From: the human T2T-CHM13v2.0 reference genome, Homo sapiens
Length of the DNA: 64,000 nucleotides
Strand: one strand, 5' to 3'
Assembly: GCF_009914755.1 (NCBI RefSeq)
Contig: NC_060934.1
Shown here in pieces: positions 55,542-64,000 of the stretch. Position numbers and translations under genes: made by a program. The notes under the pieces were generated by a model. The model made no database searches. It saw only the letters and a program-made list of their open reading frames with translations, and was not told the origin of the DNA. Each line of letters starts with the position of its first letter. The stretch's first letter is position 1.

Positions 55542-58135
55542 AAAATCAGTGTACTTATGGAAAATGAAGACATGTTTCAAATTGTTTAGAGATAATTCTT
55601 ACTTGATTATTGCAAGACAGATAGGGAAAACCTTACCTGCTCTGATGTCTACAGTTTGATTACCATGAAAGGTTCACAGTATATACTGTAAGATTATGTT
55701 GTACTAAAATCTAGTGGCCTTCTGCAGATTTCTAAAGCCCAAGTAATATACACTTAAAAATAGTTTATTTCCTTGAGAGTGAGCTTTGAAACAGCCTGAA
55801 GGAAAACACATCTGAAGCTAATGTCTAATTGGACTATTTTGCTGTAACAGAAAAAAGCTTACTTTGTATTTAACCTAAGGAAAATAAGATAGTACTATAC
55901 AAGAAAACAAAAATACTTTCATTCTGGAAGGAAAGAGTTTTAGGACTTATTTTCTTTCCTTATTTTTTGTTTTGTTTTCCTGTAGTATTTGTTTAGTTTT
56001 AGCTTCTGCTGGCAGCATTTTTGGGACTTGTGTTAATGCTGACCGCTCTTCCCCCTGCCCCCCCCCCACCGACACACACACACAAAAGTGGTTATTAAGT
56101 GGTTAAAATGTCACTGCAGCCATTTTTAATATATATGAAACAATTTGCCTTAATCTTATTAGCAGCTGGGATAATGAAATTAAATAGCCAGGTTTATGAA
56201 AACTTGTAAGCCTTGTGTAGGTATTATCAACCCATTTTTAATATGAATTGAAATATCTCAAAAGCACTACGAATCTTTAAGGAATTCTTCTCCAAAAGTG
56301 TATGTACAAGATTAGAAGAAGACATTTTTCTATGCTTTATTTCTTGAGCAATGTAAAAAATGAGACGTGCAAGAAGCACCCTGAACATTTTAAGCAGAGA
56401 GCAAAATCGGATTAAAGATACTGACCTCACATGTTGAAATCTACTAGTAAAAGCCACAAAGTTGGCTCTGAGAAAATGCTGAGATGTGGTGTTCCTTATG
56501 GTATGTGTGTTAATGCTACCTCACCAAGCCCACGTCAGGGTGAAAGTGATTATGTAACCAATTTTGCTGTCATCAAAATATCTTCTATTTTATTTTTGAG
56601 ATGACTTTTAGTCTACTGCTTCGTAAGTAATTGTTAAGATTATCTTGATTGAAAATCCTCTAAAATTAGAATTTGGCAAGACAAATATATCTTACAAAAT
56701 TTGGGTATATTTTAATATAATGAAATCTTGGTAGGAGGGAAGTATTCTTTAAAATCACGTAATTATCAAAATGTGGCATTGTCTTATACTTACCAAAGTT
56801 GGACAAGCAAGGATGATATTACGCCAACAAGCTGGGAAATAGGAACTAATGGGAAAACACCAGTCACTAAAAAAATATGAAACAAGTTCTGAAAACTCTT
56901 GTTTCGTAGTAATAGAATAGAGAGATTCGACATCCTTGAAATAGGGATGGAGAAGAGATACAGAAGAAAGGCATTCATTCCCTCCACAAATTGGATCTCA
57001 AATTCTAGTGCTGGTAAGGGCAAAAGGTGGTTTCCAGAGTAGCTGTAATCATCTGTTATTCTGAAATACAGGTTGAGTCTGAGGGAGTCTTAACAGTGCT
57101 GAAGGGCAAATAGTCAAAGGGATTTTCAGATGTCAGCTAAACAGTGGACGCTGCAGCAACATGTTACATTTGTGTAAGGATCCAGAAGTGGGTGAACTTA
57201 AATGATTTTTAGGCCCAGATTTTACAGTAAAGATGATAACTTCACAAAGGCATCGTCTGTTTACTTTGTGGCTAAATTAACTAATTTTTGGTGAATTTAT
57301 ATTTTAAAACCACTACAAAAGACTTGCAGTGAAATGAACCCTACAGTATATTCTTTGCAAACCTTTATCCAGTACCATGGAGGACTATATTGGCCTATTT
57401 AGTTTAGGTTATCTTTGAGATTTTCTTGAGGCACCTATCTTATCTAATGAGCTGAGTACTTTGATCGTCACTTCTAGACCCACCAAACCTTTGGCAGATC
57501 AATGATTCTATCAAATAGGGGTAATCAATTGGGAAGTGAAGGTTGGAGAGAAATGAGTCCTGGGGTAATTCCTTTGACAACCCATTCATGCTGTCATCAG
57601 CAGCGTCTGGGGGCATTTTCGATCTGAAGAGATGATAGTGCTTTTCAAAAAGTTTTCTGTGGTCATGAGACTAATCCTGGAAGCTGAAAGTCATTTCCAG
57701 CTTGACCACGCCACCACACTTTCCACAAAGCCACATCTCGTCTGAGTTCTAGACCCTGGTCAGGGTTCTGAAAGCGACTGTAAATGTGTTGTCTCCGAGT
57801 GGGCACTTGTTTGTAAGTATTTATTTTCCGGAGCCCACTCAGGAGCAGAGAGAAGCTATAGGCTGTTAGAGACAACGGAACAATGAGTCAAAACAACGCC
57901 TCCCCACTTTTACACTAATGCATGGGGGAAATCCCCAGAACACTAGTGTTTGATTATGAATGGAGCCTGCTTTGGGGTTGGTGTCCACAGGCTAGCAAAG
58001 AAGATCTGGAGACCATGGTTTGGTCAAAGCATTTTCACTGGTGCTTAGTGCTGTTTTTAAAAAATATTCCCACAGAGACTGAATGACTGTTTAATTCCCA
58101 CCCAGTAAGTATTTCAGAAATGATTTCTGCAACAA

Positions 58136-59348
58136 AAATATTGTTGAAAAGTATTTATTTACACTATAGTCACAAACCATCCATTATCTGAACTTCAGTT
58201 AGTGGTTTTGCGTTAGAATAGATTTATTTTTTCACAACTATTAAGAGCTAATGACCAAACAAATCAGCTCCGGTAACATTATGTACATTCTTATCTGAAA
58301 TTTGACTACAAAGGTAACACTTTTAAGTCACAAAACAAAGCATACAAAAATATACTTTCTAAAAAAAATTCCAAATATTAATAGGCAGAAATATACAGCC
58401 ATACTAAACTCAGGGAGTGATTTTTTTCTCCATAATAAGGCAACCCATTTACATGCAGACCTTGTAACATTGTCTACATCACACAAGGCACCAAGGACAC
58501 TTCCAACACAATTGCATGCATCCTAGTTTCAGAGAATATATGTACATCCCCCTTAAATAAGTTAACCTCTGAGATCATAAATGCTTTACATTTTTTCCCA
58601 AAGATTCAGAATTTAGAGAACAGTGTACATCAAAAATACACAAAATCTGAGTGGATATACACTGAAAAAATAGCCTACATTTCTCAAACAACTCGAAAAG
58701 GAGCAGATATTGCTATGTTCCTCCCATCACATTGCACTTCTGTTCTCTGAGTTTATAATACATATTGCTTCAAGGGTTGAGACAACTAGATATGCTCTGA
58801 TTCACCATTTTAGGGCCACAGAGTGTGGCATAAAGGCTATACTTCACTCACTGTACAATGTCCCCCAAATCAGTCCCAAGCCATAAAGTGCACATCAGTT
58901 TTGCTTGTCTTTTTGCTGTCCCCACTTGAAGGGATCAGCATCTCCCAACCTATTGTAGAAAACGTCTTAGATCAACTCTGACATCCAGGGTCAAAAACCT
59001 GTGATGGGTCAAAATAAGGGGAAGTGGGGTAGCAAAACCTAGTCAAACAACCCTTTAAAGCAGGGTCAGACCTCAGCCCTCTTGGCCAGGGGTCCCCACA
59101 CCACCTCCTTCTGAGCCTCCCCTTTGCCTTGGGTTGATAGTCAACTCACCTAAGAGAGACTAGAATGGGCTAAGTTTTAGGAAGAACCTGCTTCTAGGTG
59201 GAAAGGGGGCAGTGCTAGCTCCACCAAAGCCCTTTGCCCAACAAAGGGAGAGAGGGACAGGAAAGGGTGGTAGTGTTTGTTGTGCAGCTCCAGTGGACAA
59301 AGGGCCTCCGGGACCTTTGGGAGCTGGTGTATCAGCCTGAGTCTCATC
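58136..59348 (-). other. EGR2: EGR2 3'UTR
   Basis: Between the stop codon and the poly(A) signal; AU-rich, with Pumilio elements and miRNA seed matches. Confidence 0.8.
58154..58159 (-). terminator. EGR2: EGR2 poly(A) signal
   Basis: TTTATT on + (AATAAA on -) about 1.2 kb after the stop, with a U/GU-rich element downstream on the - strand; second hexamer at 58223-58228. Confidence 0.8.
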
Positions 59349-62207
<2,859 letters not shown>

Positions 62208-62499
62208 CTACCTGGAGTGTCAGAAAAGCCGTTTTGGAGAGGGGTTGGACTGAGCCTGGGATGGTATCTCCTTTTGCCCTCCACACTTAAAAACAACCAC
62301 CACACACACCAAGAAAAAAAAATCAACAGAAATAAAAGTAGCAAACAAGTTGCTGTTTTTTAAGAAATAAGAAAAATGTCTATTTGCCACTGACTCTCTC
62401 CTGTCTGTGTTCCGGCTGCTGGGAAGCCAGGAGTTGCTGGTGTAGTGTTATTATAACAGTCAGTGAGTCCCCTCGCCGAGCTATTAATCAATTGCTCCT

Positions 62500-62945
62500 C
62501 GCTCAGTTAGACGGAAAGTGTTGCTCTAAGTATTTATGGGCAGGTCTTCAATACCCGTGACGTCGCTGCCCATATATGGACTGAGGAACAGGGCTGGGCC
62601 AGGCGGCTTTTGCCGTCACATGGCTGATTTGCATACACGGGCTCGGCCGCGCGGACTCCGCCGGGCTCGCGACTTCCAGCTCGCAGGCGGCGGGGATCCC
62701 TGGGGTCCCGGGCGCGCGGCCCTAGCTGCAGCCTGGGTCCGGGGCGCAGGGATCGCGGGGGAGAGGGCGCGCCATGGACCCAGTCACAGCCACAGCAGGA
62801 GAGCGAGCTGCTCCAGGCTGCGGCTCAGCCTCCCGGGGCGGGGAGGAATTCCGGTTCTCTGGGACTTTCCAAAAAAGGCGAAGATCCGGTGCCGGCGGCT
62901 CCGCCTCCCTAGCCCTTGTTTGGGAGCCATTCCGGAAAATTAAAC
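62500..62945 (-). promoter_or_regulatory. EGR2: EGR2 immediate-early proximal promoter
   Basis: TATA-like ATAAATA (62531-62537, - strand), CRE TGACGTCG 62558-62565, CArG CCATATATGG 62570-62579, octamer ATTTGCAT 62627-62634, kB GGGACTTTCC 62861-62870, CArG CCAAAAAAGG 62869-62878, ETS cores TTCCGG 62849-62854 and TTCCGGAA 62930-62937. Confidence 0.9.
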
Positions 62946-63424
62946 TTCGGAAAGAAACCGAGCGGAGCCGAGACACTACAGTCAAACCCCTACTCACTTT
63001 CTTGGCAGCTCAAAACCGCAAGCAAAAGGAGGCAGCGAAGAAAAAAAAAGCTACATGCATTCACGGAAGCTGACTGCTTTTTTCTGAATTACTTGGTGGA
63101 AAGAAGTGGCTGGTGATAAGAGTGAATGCGTATTGCTTTTTTGGAAAGTCTGTTCTATTTATACAGGAGCGAAAACGGAACAGGTTTGGGTTGTTTGTTT
63201 GTTTAAGTATTTTGGGCACCTTGGGACTGGGAGGGTAAACCCTAGGAGGAGCAGAATTACTGTGGGGAGCTTCGAGAGAAATCCTCAGCCGGAGACACCC
63301 TCCTTCCTCTGCCCGCGCGCTCCCCGCCCCCCTTCAGCTGCTGCGCGGAGCGGGCGCCCTTCCCGGCGCGTCTGGGCGGTCGGCTGCGTGGGGGCGTCCA
63401 GATGGAAGCTTGGACACTCACCCT

Positions 63425-63540
63425 GCCCCTCCAGACACACATACACACACACTCACACTCGCTCCACTTCCGCTACACACTCCCGCCCCCGCTGCCCTCT
63501 TCACACACCCGCTCACACACCTTACACTACACACCTCCCT
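63425..63540 (+). repeat. CA-rich low-complexity tract
   Basis: Seen directly. Confidence 0.7.
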
Positions 63541-64000
63541 GTTGACTGCGTCCGCGCGCCGTCGTTGCCAGCAGTGTCCCGGCGGCAGAGCGGGCTCCGG
63601 GCTCGCTGGACAGGAGGTTCTATGAAGACACTGGCCTAACCTTCACTACCGGTCCCTGCAGCCACAGAATCCCCCTGACCCCCATAGCCCAGGATCCAGG
63701 ACCGCGCCCTGCCCGCACCCGAGCCAAGATACACGTACTAGAATAAATATTTTCTCTCCCTCCCCAAAAAACACCTCGGTGAGCCCAGCGCGGTCCTCAG
63801 TGACGGCCGAAAGCATCTCTAATCACTTTCAAGACGCCATCCCCATCCCCCAACCCACTCGTTTTACTTTGCGAGACCCCGGTAGAAACCCTTCTGTTTC
63901 GTTCCCAAAGCAATTTTTAAAAACTTTTCCAAAGTCCAAATAGCAGCAGGTTCTGGCTTGCTGGGCGCAAAGCTTCTACCTCCCAGTGCGCCCCAGCCCG

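Overview
Human (primate) genomic DNA from the ADO-EGR2 locus, recognised from the encoded proteins (chr10q21 by recall). The right-hand 14 kb holds two convergent protein-coding genes. ADO is intronless on the + strand (CDS 51203-52015, 270 aa cysteamine/N-terminal-cysteine dioxygenase) and appears to carry non-reference Trp25 and Ala39 alleles. EGR2/KROX20 has two coding exons on the - strand (CDS join 62171-62003, 60610-59349, 476 aa), with an immediate-early promoter (TATA, CRE, two CArG boxes, octamer, exact kB site). The left 50 kb is intergenic and repeat-rich: a full-length dead L1PA7/8-type element with a nested Alu, about 15 Alus, THE1/MLT1/MER50 LTRs, L2/L3/MIR/MER5/MER20/MADE1 remnants. 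It also contains several repeat-free, motif-dense blocks that look like EGR2 distal enhancers, one a candidate for the myelinating Schwann cell element. I see no evidence for a wholly new gene or system. The most notable observations are the candidate enhancers, an intact ORF0-like antisense frame in the dead L1, a poly(A)-tailed LTR12 retrocopy, a (GGAA)6 tract and ADO 5' translational features. Repeat subfamily names and motif calls were made by eye.
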